From: Kiritimatiellales bacterium | Lineage (GTDB): Bacteria > Verrucomicrobiota > Kiritimatiellia > Kiritimatiellales > Tichowtungiaceae | Reading direction: 5' to 3' | Length of the DNA stretch: 41,383 nucleotides | Assembly (NCBI GenBank): GCA_038213895.1 | Contig: JBBQSL010000005.1 | Location: 1-41,383 of the forward strand | Shown here: in pieces, positions 10,966 through 19,358 of the stretch | Layout: every line of letters begins with the position of its first letter | Position numbering within the stretch: position 1 is the first letter of the stretch | Made by a program: the position numbers and the translations under genes | Notes under the pieces: generated by a model | The model's input: the letters and a program-made list of their open reading frames with translations, nothing else | The model's database searches: none | Told to the model about the DNA's origin: nothing

Positions 10966-11199
10966 ACAGAAGACGGATGACAGAGGACAGAGGACAAGTA
11001 TAAATCAAAATAATTTGGGTCAAAATAATGGGATGGAAAGCCTGTTGCACGAATAAGAACCACTTTAACCCCTACGTTATTTTGACAAAGAAACCAACCG
11101 CATCCAGTTCAGCGACAGAACCCGCTCCTTCCCCGCAACATGAGCAACTTGACTGATTCGCCATTGACCAGATAAGGGCACACGTTTACTATTCACGCC

Positions 11200-11433
11200 A
11201 TGAGTCCTATTCTCGACAGAATTGAAAAAGAAGCATCAAAGCTTTCCCCTCTTGAACGGGAACAGCTTGCAACCCACCTTTTCTACAGCATCCATCCCGT
11301 TTTAACTGATGTGGATGAAGTATGGCTCGATCTTGCCGACAGACGGTACCAAGAGCTTGTCTTCGGTAAAACATCCCCTCAATCGGAAGAGGAATTCTTC
11401 TCTTCCGTCGAAAAGGATTTGGGATGGAAATAA
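11200..11433 (+). CDS. putative addiction-module antitoxin (CHP02574-like)
   Basis: 77 aa with a 'DEVWLDLADRR' motif. Overlaps the downstream toxin gene by 10 nt. Confidence 0.6.
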   Translation: MSPILDRIEKEASKLSPLEREQLATHLFYSIHPVLTDVDEVWLDLADRRYQELVFGKTSPQSEEEFFSSVEKDLGWK

Positions 11434-11711
11434 ACATCGCCCCATCTGCCCGCGAAGAAACCATCGCGGCGGCTAGTTATTACGAGGAGGAGGTGGCTGG
11501 ATTAGGCAAAGCATTCATGGAAGCGCTGCGGATTGGATTCCGGCGTATTCAAAAATATCCAACCGCATCCACTCTCATTCGCGGAGAATATCGGCGGCAC
11601 CTTCTGGATCGTTTTCCTTTTGGAGTCATCTATCGAATCGACCATGACGTGATTACCGTTGCCGCCATTATGCATCTGCGCCGTAAGCCGGATTACTGGC
11701 GTCACCGATGA
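11424..11711 (+). CDS. type II toxin-antitoxin toxin, RelE/ParE family
   Basis: 95 aa. 'FPFGVIYRIDHDVITVAAIMHLRRKPDYW' is a typical RelE/ParE C-terminus. Confidence 0.75.
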   Translation: MEINIAPSAREETIAAASYYEEEVAGLGKAFMEALRIGFRRIQKYPTASTLIRGEYRRHLLDRFPFGVIYRIDHDVITVAAIMHLRRKPDYWRHR

Positions 11712-11784
11712 GCTCCGGCCTTTCAAATTGACCCTGCGCATCTAAAAAGCGTACCTTTCATCCCAGCAGGAACAGAGGATCACT

Positions 11785-14004
11785 TTGAAACGAAGGTTTT
11801 TAAAAAAATCAATAAACCGCATTACGGCGGCCAAAAATATAGTCACGCGAAAAAAGCGTCACCGCTTCCCGCTTTTTAATCTATTACTGGCCGTCGTCCT
11901 CTGGGTCACGCTGGTAGTATTTTTCTACAGCGGACGGCTACTCCGCCCGCAAACGCTAACCGCGGGCCAACGGGCGTCGGAAACCATTATCGTGTCCGTT
12001 GACTTTATCTCCGAAAATCTCGCCGCCACACAGGCCCGGCAGCGTGCCGCCGCCGATGCCGTTCTGCCAGTTTTCTCCATCGATATCTCCACGATTGAAA
12101 GCGCACGAGCGGTACTAACGACCAATCAGTTAATGGAAATCATTCCGTCCGAAGGACAAATCGATGTGCAATCCATTATTTTTAGCGCACTGACCCGTGT
12201 CGGCGAGACCGGAATTATCTCCGCCAACGATATAAAAACAAAATTCAACGGAGCCGTTTCGTCCGGTAAAGTAGCCTTACGCGGAAGTGGAAAAACAGAT
12301 GTTATCCGCACACTGGAAAGCTTCACCTTGCAGCCTGACGCGCTTAAGGAAGCCGTAGCAATCATTGCCAAAAATCTTCCCCGAGGTAGCCGCAACGAAG
12401 AAACGATCCGCGCGCTGATTGCTCCTTGGCTTTGGCCTAATCTGATTTACGATGCCGCCGAAACGTCCGCGCGCCGAGTGCAAGCCTCCGGACTGGTCGA
12501 TCCAGTTTTGGAACCTGTAAATACCGGAACCATCTTGATACGCAATGGCGATATCGTGAGCGAACAAACAGTCAAATGGCTAGACGCACATGAAAAACAA
12601 CGAAGCGTACTGGAACCCCAGGCAGATCGGATACGACGATTAGCTGGCAACGGTATGTTATTGCTGATCGGACTCGGCGTAGCCGCAGCCCTGGCTGGCC
12701 TTCTGCAACCTGCTCTATTGCATAGTCGACGACATGTTTTATTACTGGTCACCCTCTCTGCACTACCGCTCATCATCGGCAAAGGACTGCTCTACGCCAC
12801 CGTCGATTTACACCTGATACAACCCGCTCTGCTCAACTTCGCCCTACCACTGTCCATCGCACCGCTACTCGCCTCTATCTTGCTCGGCAGCACGCCGGGA
12901 CTGATCGCCGGTCTCTGGGTCAGTTTTGCACTAGCCGCACTACTCGGGGGAAGCTTCGAGGTCTTCGTGATCGGCCTACTGGTCTCTATCACATCCATTT
13001 ATACCACCCGCGATGTCAAACGTCGTACGGCACTTTTCCGCGCTGGCTTCTGGATCGGCGCCATCAAAATTCTATTCGCGCTAGTCATGGCCATAATTAA
13101 AAATTCATCGTGGCAGGTTCTTTTGCCGCAAATCGGCATAGCCATGCTATGCGGACTGGTCAGCGCACTATTGGCCATGCTACTGATCCCAATCTTTGAA
13201 CACCTGTTCAAAATCACCACAGACATTTCCCTGCTCGAACTGTCCGACCTCAGTCACCCGTTGCTTCAAAGTCTGGCCATCAATGCGCCCGGCACCTACC
13301 ACCATTCACTGATGATGGCCAGTCTGGCACAAAATGCCGCTGAAGCCATTGGCGCCAACGGCCTCAGGTTGCGCGTTTGCGCCTATTTTCACGACATCGG
13401 CAAACTGGCCAAACCCAATTTCTTTAGCGAAAATATACAATTTGCCGAAAATCCTCACGATGAGCTGACGCCCAGTATGAGTACGCTCGTGATCGTTTCA
13501 CATATTAAGGAAGGTATCGCGCTGGCGAAAAAATATAAACTGCCGCAGGTCGTCATCGACGGAATTGAACAGCATCAGGGCACCAGTATTGTTTCCGTCT
13601 TCTACCACCGCGCAAAAAACCGCCAGCAAAAAGAAAGCTCCGCCGGACAGCTCGCGATCAACGATGAGGATTTCCGTTATGAGGGGCCACGCCCGCAGAC
13701 CCGCGAAATGGCGATCCTGATGCTGGCCGACACGTGCGAAGCGGCCTCACGATCCCTCGAAAAGCCGACGCCCGTGCGTATCACCAATCTCATCGACGAT
13801 CTTTTTGACGCCCGCCTGCGCGACGGTCAGCTCGATGAATGCACCCTTACACTCGCCGAGCTGAACAAAATCAAACAATCCTTCGTCTTCTCGCTCACCA
13901 ATATGCTTCACGGCCGCGTGGCCTACCCTAAAGATGAAAACAACTCTGATAAATCGGCAGAAACGCCGAATCAATCCACCAGTTATCCGCAAGCTAGCCG
14001 CTAA
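11785..14004 (+). CDS. pgpH: 7TM-HD (HDIG) membrane phosphohydrolase, PgpH-like
   Basis: Extracellular N-terminal domain, seven TM helices, and a C-terminal HD domain ('YHHSLMMASLA...CAYFHDIGK'). The ORF opens with TTG at 11785 (GAGGA at 11775-11779). There is no in-frame ATG before TM1. Confidence 0.75.
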   Translation: MKRRFLKKSINRITAAKNIVTRKKRHRFPLFNLLLAVVLWVTLVVFFYSGRLLRPQTLTAGQRASETIIVSVDFISENLAATQARQRAAADAVLPVFSIDISTIESARAVLTTNQLMEIIPSEGQIDVQSIIFSALTRVGETGIISANDIKTKFNGAVSSGKVALRGSGKTDVIRTLESFTLQPDALKEAVAIIAKNLPRGSRNEETIRALIAPWLWPNLIYDAAETSARRVQASGLVDPVLEPVNTGTILIRNGDIVSEQTVKWLDAHEKQRSVLEPQADRIRRLAGNGMLLLIGLGVAAALAGLLQPALLHSRRHVLLLVTLSALPLIIGKGLLYATVDLHLIQPALLNFALPLSIAPLLASILLGSTPGLIAGLWVSFALAALLGGSFEVFVIGLLVSITSIYTTRDVKRRTALFRAGFWIGAIKILFALVMAIIKNSSWQVLLPQIGIAMLCGLVSALLAMLLIPIFEHLFKITTDISLLELSDLSHPLLQSLAINAPGTYHHSLMMASLAQNAAEAIGANGLRLRVCAYFHDIGKLAKPNFFSENIQFAENPHDELTPSMSTLVIVSHIKEGIALAKKYKLPQVVIDGIEQHQGTSIVSVFYHRAKNRQQKESSAGQLAINDEDFRYEGPRPQTREMAILMLADTCEAASRSLEKPTPVRITNLIDDLFDARLRDGQLDECTLTLAELNKIKQSFVFSLTNMLHGRVAYPKDENNSDKSAETPNQSTSYPQASR

Positions 14005-14392
14005 ACTGGCATCCGCACTGGAAACTGACGATCCGAAAACCGTCTGGCAGGAAGTAAACCTGCTCCTGACGGACGATGGAGGGATTACGAAGTACAACCG
14101 TGAATTTTTCGGCAAAGACCGCCCTACCGATGTCATCAGCTTCCGCAGCGAACCAATTCCCGGCGAAGAAGGCACCACGGGCGATCTCATCATCAACGTC
14201 GAACAGGCCGTGCGCGAAGGCCCGCAGCACGATGGAATAAATGCTGAACTCGCGCTCTACATAGCGCACGGATTCAACCACCTTTCTGGTGCCGACGACA
14301 ATACGCCCGCTCGGCGCGCCGCCATGCGCCGCACAGAAAAAAAACACCTGGACACATTGCAACCCGAAACAAAAAATCTGATCATCACCTGA
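13934..14392 (+). CDS. ybeY: rRNA maturation endoribonuclease YbeY
   Basis: 'KDRPTDVISF...GDLIINVEQA...HGFNHLSGADD' matches YbeY. Its start overlaps pgpH by 71 nt in a different frame. The third metal-binding His is replaced by Asp. Confidence 0.75.
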   Translation: MKTTLINRQKRRINPPVIRKLAAKLASALETDDPKTVWQEVNLLLTDDGGITKYNREFFGKDRPTDVISFRSEPIPGEEGTTGDLIINVEQAVREGPQHDGINAELALYIAHGFNHLSGADDNTPARRAAMRRTEKKHLDTLQPETKNLIIT

Positions 14393-14393
14393 T

Positions 14394-15647
14394 ATGAACA
14401 CCATAAATTTAAATTATCTCATAGGAAGCATCATCACGCTGTTATTGGCCAGCTTCTGGGCTGTGCTTTTCGCCGCTTTTCGCGAAACTGGCAACGCTGG
14501 GATTACCCGTCTCGCCGAAAAAAAACCGCAGGCCGAAGCCTCGCTCAAACGCTGGGCTGGGCGCTGGAACCTGTTGCGTACCACCCTGCGTTTCTGCCTT
14601 ACGCTTTTTGAAATCACCGCCATCTATTTCGCCTTTCACGCTTTCGAATTCCCACTAGCCGTCGAATGGATCGGACTCATGCTCATCATGACTCCGCTCT
14701 ATCTAATCTTTATCCGCGTCATACCCTTCGTACTGGCCGAAAGCTACGCAGATCGTCTATCCCTCTTCTTCCTACAGCCCGTCATCGCACTCACCTGGCT
14801 ACTCGCTCCAATCATCTGGCCCGTTTACGCCATGGAGCGGGGACTCCTCGCCCGAGCACTATCCACCGCCGACGAAGATGACAGTCCCACGCCCGAAGAG
14901 GAAATTATGACCCTCGTCGATGAAGCCGATGAAGAAGAATTGGAACAGGAAGAGCGTGAAATCATCCGTAGCGTTTTCGAATTCGGCGAAACCGTCGTTC
15001 GTGAAATCATGACGCCGCGCGTCGATATCGAGGGATTGCAGTCTGGCAGCACCGCGTCCGAATGCGTCGAAAAAATACAGCGTTCGACCCACTCCCGATT
15101 CCCCGTCTATGAAGAAACGATCGATAACGTTGTTGGCGTCATCCATGTCAAAGATTTGCTACGCCTATTTGCGCGCGGTGAAGAAAAATGCCCAGTCGCT
15201 GATCTTGTCAAAAAACTCAAAGCAGTTCCCGAAACCATGCCGATCAGCGATCTCCTGCGACAGATGCGTAACCAGCATTTTCACATAGCACTCGTTGTTG
15301 ATGAATACGGCGGAACCGCCGGTATCGTCTGCATCGAAGACATCATCGAAGAACTCATCGGCGAAGTCCGCGACGAACACGACCTTTCCGCAAGAGATAT
15401 CCTGAAATGCACGGACGGTTCCGCGCTGGTTAAAGCGAGCCTAGCGGTCGCTGACCTCAATGAAGAACTTGGTCTGAACATTCCGGAAAGCGACGAATAC
15501 GATTCCATCGGCGGTTATGTTCTAAGCGAACTCGGCACCATTCCGCCCATCGGAACCAAACTCAGTGCACCGGGCCTCGAAATCACGGTTCAAAATGCCA
15601 CACTGCGTCGTATTCACACCCTACTGCTCACGCCGGTTCAGCAATAA
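14394..15647 (+). CDS. CNNM/CorC-HlyC family protein (DUF21, CBS pair, CorC_HlyC)
   Basis: Four N-terminal TM helices, tandem CBS domains and a C-terminal transporter-associated domain. This is the usual partner of ybeY. Confidence 0.8.
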   Translation: MNTINLNYLIGSIITLLLASFWAVLFAAFRETGNAGITRLAEKKPQAEASLKRWAGRWNLLRTTLRFCLTLFEITAIYFAFHAFEFPLAVEWIGLMLIMTPLYLIFIRVIPFVLAESYADRLSLFFLQPVIALTWLLAPIIWPVYAMERGLLARALSTADEDDSPTPEEEIMTLVDEADEEELEQEEREIIRSVFEFGETVVREIMTPRVDIEGLQSGSTASECVEKIQRSTHSRFPVYEETIDNVVGVIHVKDLLRLFARGEEKCPVADLVKKLKAVPETMPISDLLRQMRNQHFHIALVVDEYGGTAGIVCIEDIIEELIGEVRDEHDLSARDILKCTDGSALVKASLAVADLNEELGLNIPESDEYDSIGGYVLSELGTIPPIGTKLSAPGLEITVQNATLRRIHTLLLTPVQQ

Positions 15648-15823
15648 GAAAGATTCCGCATGTTTATTCAGCAGGCTTTAACCGATCCGTTTTTCTACTT
15701 TGGCACAGGCAATCAATCTGCTGACTTCGAAAAAACGGCAAAAAAAGGGAACTTGCTAAAATGTATAAATTTACAGACACCTTTTAATTGGGGCTGATCC
15801 GGGACATGGGTAAACGGTAACCG

Positions 15824-17644
15824 TTATCGTTTTCTCCGACTATGAGGACGGAGCTGTTTCATCTGCGTTCTGCGCTCGGCCAAACCTCGCACCACCGGCA
15901 CCGGTTCGCCGGTTTCATAATCAAGGCCGGTGTAATAAACAGCGGCAGCGGGCGTCATCGGTAGCGGTATAAAATCCTGCACTTGCTGGAGTTTCCATTC
16001 CTCCTCGCGCACAAATTTTTCAACCGCCTTCATTTCCTTTTCCGTCGATCCAGGAAAGTTGGAGATAAAGTACGGAACGATATACTGCTTCTTGCCCGCC
16101 GCACGGTTTTCCTCCTCGAACGCCTTCTGAAATTCGCAAAATGTCTCCGGTCCAGGTTTGCGCATTTTTTTCAGCACGTTCGGGTGCATATGCTCCGGTG
16201 CCACCTTCAAATGACCGGAAACATAGTGCTTCGCCAGCTCGCGGATATATTTCGGATTGCGCAGTGCCACGTCCATCCGAATGCCCGACTGGATAAAAAC
16301 ATGTTTCACCTTGGCCAGCTCGCGGACACGTTTCATCAGATGAATCGCTGACTCCGCATCCAGCTCAAGATTCGGGCAAATTGCCGGATATAAACAACTG
16401 GCGCGGCGGCAGACTTTACACGCCACGCAAACTCCGTTGGCACAACCGTATAAATTGGCCGTCGGCCCACCGAGATCGGTAATCGTTCCGGAAAAGGTTG
16501 GCGAGGCCGCCATCGTCTTCACCTCACGCACCACGGAATCCTCCGACCGGCTGGTCAAAAACCGTCCCTGATGCAAACCAAGTCCGCAAAAGGTGCAACC
16601 ACCACCACAGCCACGCACCACCGTCACCGATTCATTAATCATCGTAAACGCTGGAATCGGCTCTTTATAGGAAGGATGCGGAAGCCGCGTGTACGGCAGT
16701 TCATAAACACGATCCATTTCCACGCTGGTCAGCGGTTTTGCCGGCGGTGAAATCCATACGGCACGATCGCCGTGAAATTGAACTAACACCTTGCCGGAAA
16801 AAGGATTCTGCTCGCGCTCCGTCAACCGTGTCAGTTCCAGCACCGCTTTTTTGTCTACCAGACACTCCTCAAAGGACGGTAGTTTGATGCAGTTCGAAAA
16901 ATCATGCTCAGCCGACTCTTTTCCACCGAGCAGCCGCGCCGTTCCGGGGATGCCACTCAAATCAGCAACACCCACCCCGTCCGTCGCTCCGCTCCGGCCA
17001 CCCCTCCCCTGGAGGGGATTATTTAAACTCCCCTCCTTCGGAGGGGTGCCCGCAGGGTGGGGTGGGTTCCCAAGTCTCTTCGCGACTTCACGGATAGCGC
17101 GTTCGCCCATACCGTACACCAGCAGATCGGCCTTCGAATCCATCAGGATCGACGGACGCAGCTTATCCTGCCAGTAGTCATAGTGCGCCGTGCGCCGCAG
17201 GCTCGCTTCAATGCCGCCGAGCACCGTCACAACGCCCGGAAATGCTTTTTTGGCCAGTTGCGTATAAACCATACCAGCCAGATTGGGGCGTTTGCCGACT
17301 TCCCCGCCCGGTGTGTAGGAATCCTCTTTACGCTTGCGCCGCGCAGCGGTGTAATGCGAAAGCATCGAATCGAGATTGCCCGCCGTAATCCCGCAAAACA
17401 GGCGTGGACGACCCATCACGGTCAGCGACTCCGGCTTTGTCCAGTCGGGCTGGGCAATAATGCCTACACGCCAGCCGTCCGCCTCCAGTACGCGGCCGAT
17501 CACCGCCGCACCAAATGCCGGATGGTCAATATAGGCGTCGCCGCTGATAATCAGCACGTCTAGTTCGTCCCAGCCGCGCTGCTCCATTTCACGGCGTGAC
17601 ATGGGTAAAAACTGGTTTTTTCCAGCCATTGGAAAATCAGACAT
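15824..17644 (-). CDS. ygiQ: YgiQ-family radical SAM protein (UPF0313)
   Basis: 'FLPMSRREMEQRGWDELDVLIISGDAYIDHP' N-terminus and a CxxxCxxC-type cluster ('GCGGGCTFCG'). Carries a low-complexity insertion of about 34 aa encoded by a GC-rich palindromic DNA segment. Confidence 0.8.
   Translation of the reverse strand: MSDFPMAGKNQFLPMSRREMEQRGWDELDVLIISGDAYIDHPAFGAAVIGRVLEADGWRVGIIAQPDWTKPESLTVMGRPRLFCGITAGNLDSMLSHYTAARRKRKEDSYTPGGEVGKRPNLAGMVYTQLAKKAFPGVVTVLGGIEASLRRTAHYDYWQDKLRPSILMDSKADLLVYGMGERAIREVAKRLGNPPHPAGTPPKEGSLNNPLQGRGGRSGATDGVGVADLSGIPGTARLLGGKESAEHDFSNCIKLPSFEECLVDKKAVLELTRLTEREQNPFSGKVLVQFHGDRAVWISPPAKPLTSVEMDRVYELPYTRLPHPSYKEPIPAFTMINESVTVVRGCGGGCTFCGLGLHQGRFLTSRSEDSVVREVKTMAASPTFSGTITDLGGPTANLYGCANGVCVACKVCRRASCLYPAICPNLELDAESAIHLMKRVRELAKVKHVFIQSGIRMDVALRNPKYIRELAKHYVSGHLKVAPEHMHPNVLKKMRKPGPETFCEFQKAFEEENRAAGKKQYIVPYFISNFPGSTEKEMKAVEKFVREEEWKLQQVQDFIPLPMTPAAAVYYTGLDYETGEPVPVVRGLAERRTQMKQLRPHSRRKR
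16971..17072. repeat. in-frame GC-rich nested palindromic insertion inside ygiQ
   Basis: Outer arms CCCACCCC...GGGGTGGG. Two inner hairpins, CCCCTCC-CCT-GGAGGGG and CCCCTCC-TTC-GGAGGGG, around an AT-rich centre. Translates to PPHPAGTPPKEGSLNNPLQGRGGRSGATDGVGV. Confidence 0.6.
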
Positions 17645-19217
17645 GGGTCTTCCGTTTCTTTTTTCCCTGAGTCAAAAGCGTTTCAGTAGTTTGGACGTAG
17701 AGATTGAACAAAAACTCCACGCGGGTGGTTTCGGTGGTGAACGGTTGCGGACGGTAGCAGAGATCCACCGCACGATCCAACTCCTGATGGGCTTTCAGCA
17801 GGTCAACCGGCCTATAACGGGTCGCCTTGATGTACCAAGCCGTCACATAATCCAGCACTCCCGAGCCTTTAACCTTGGCAAAAATATCCGCCATCTCTTC
17901 ACGTTGCGTTTTAGACTGATACTTACTGCCGACAAATGGCGGATTGCCGAAAATGAAGTCGGATTTCTCCCCTCGGCGGGTTTTGAGTTCTTCAACCTCC
18001 TCTTCGGTCAAGATGTTGACTTTTTTGGCGGCGACATTGATTGCGCTGTAGTGTACCGGCGGCTCTTCGACTTTCATAACATTCTGCGTGTCCGCGCTGA
18101 GGTCGATATAGCTACCGGAAATCAGATGATCCCAATCAAGCCGCAATGCGTTGCCGTATGTGATATGCGCCGATTTTTTCAGCGGCAGGCGAACGAAATA
18201 CTGCCCGAATTCTTCGGAAACGAGCATGTTCATCTGGTGATCCATCAGCCACAGGGCAACTTCGGCAATCCGCGCGAGCCACTCTTCGTATTCAATGCCG
18301 TAGAACTGATCGACATCAATCCATAGTATGTCGGAGACATCGAGTACCGCCGGCCCGCCTTTGTGAAGTTCACGGAGAATTTCCAGCTCCAGCAGACGCA
18401 GCTCGCGGTAGGTGATGATCAAAAAATTTCCGCAGCCGCAGGCTGGGTCGAGAAATTTGAGTTTGGAAAGCTTTTCGTGGAATTCGACCAGCTTCTTGCT
18501 GCTTCCCTTACACTTCTTAAATTCAGCGTACAAATCATCCAAAAACAGCGGCCCGATGAGTTTGAGGATATTTTTTTCAGAGGTGTAGTGCGCACCCAAA
18601 TTACGCCGCGCCGTCGGGCTCATCACGGCCTGAAACATTGAGCCGAAGATTGCCGGAGAGATTTTTCCCCAATCGAGCGCACAGCATTCCAACAAAATTT
18701 CCCGCATCGCGGAGGTGAACGCGGCAATCCGTAGCGGCTCTTCGAACAGTCTGCCGTTGACGACGTAAGGAAATTGATTCAGCAATTCCTCGGTCGCGGA
18801 CTGTCGCGTTTCGCGCGGTGTGTCCAAGGTTTGGAAAAAGTCTGCCAGCACCGCGCCCAGATTATAGAGCCGGAAACGCTCGAAGTCGGAAACCAGCACA
18901 TATTTCGGTAACTCGTGCTCCTTGAGACCGCTGAAATAATCCAGCGCCTGCGAATAGGCCTTATCCAGATTTTTGCCGCGCGATTTATGCTCAACCAGCA
19001 GAGTCCCCTTCCAGAACAGGTCGATAAATCCGGTCTGCGCGTTCAGCTTTTTGACCGGCTTCTCGAAAGAGGCCACGCGGCGGCGGGAAATGCCGAAAAT
19101 GTGGAAAAACTCATCCCAAAAGGTCTTGGCCTCGGCGTGTTCACGGGTTTCGGCTTTCCAATCATTGGAAAACTTCATTGCCCGAGTTTTCATCTCATTC
19201 CACGATAAGGTTGCCAT
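17637..19217 (-). CDS. MmeI-family (type IIL RM / PglX-like) N6-adenine DNA methyltransferase, truncated form lacking the target-recognition domain; probable remnant
   Basis: MmeI-type N-terminus 'MATLSWNEMKTRAMKFSNDWK'. SAM motif I 'FLDPACGCGNFL'. Motif IV 'NPPF'. The family's C-terminal helix 'ELDRAVDLCY...RVEFLFNLY' follows directly. Only 526 aa, whereas intact members are about 900-1200. Overlaps ygiQ by 8 nt (ATGTCTGA). Confidence 0.6.
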   Translation of the reverse strand: MATLSWNEMKTRAMKFSNDWKAETREHAEAKTFWDEFFHIFGISRRRVASFEKPVKKLNAQTGFIDLFWKGTLLVEHKSRGKNLDKAYSQALDYFSGLKEHELPKYVLVSDFERFRLYNLGAVLADFFQTLDTPRETRQSATEELLNQFPYVVNGRLFEEPLRIAAFTSAMREILLECCALDWGKISPAIFGSMFQAVMSPTARRNLGAHYTSEKNILKLIGPLFLDDLYAEFKKCKGSSKKLVEFHEKLSKLKFLDPACGCGNFLIITYRELRLLELEILRELHKGGPAVLDVSDILWIDVDQFYGIEYEEWLARIAEVALWLMDHQMNMLVSEEFGQYFVRLPLKKSAHITYGNALRLDWDHLISGSYIDLSADTQNVMKVEEPPVHYSAINVAAKKVNILTEEEVEELKTRRGEKSDFIFGNPPFVGSKYQSKTQREEMADIFAKVKGSGVLDYVTAWYIKATRYRPVDLLKAHQELDRAVDLCYRPQPFTTETTRVEFLFNLYVQTTETLLTQGKKKRKTHV

Positions 19218-19358
19218 AGATGGAGAATCAGTTTCTTTAAGTTCAAAGTCAAGATTCCGGGTCACGAGGAATTCTAGGGTTTCCAATCCTTGGAAAATTT
19301 ATTCGACCTGATCGAAACGGCAACTTACTATGCAGGCCTGATTTAACTCAAAAAAAAC

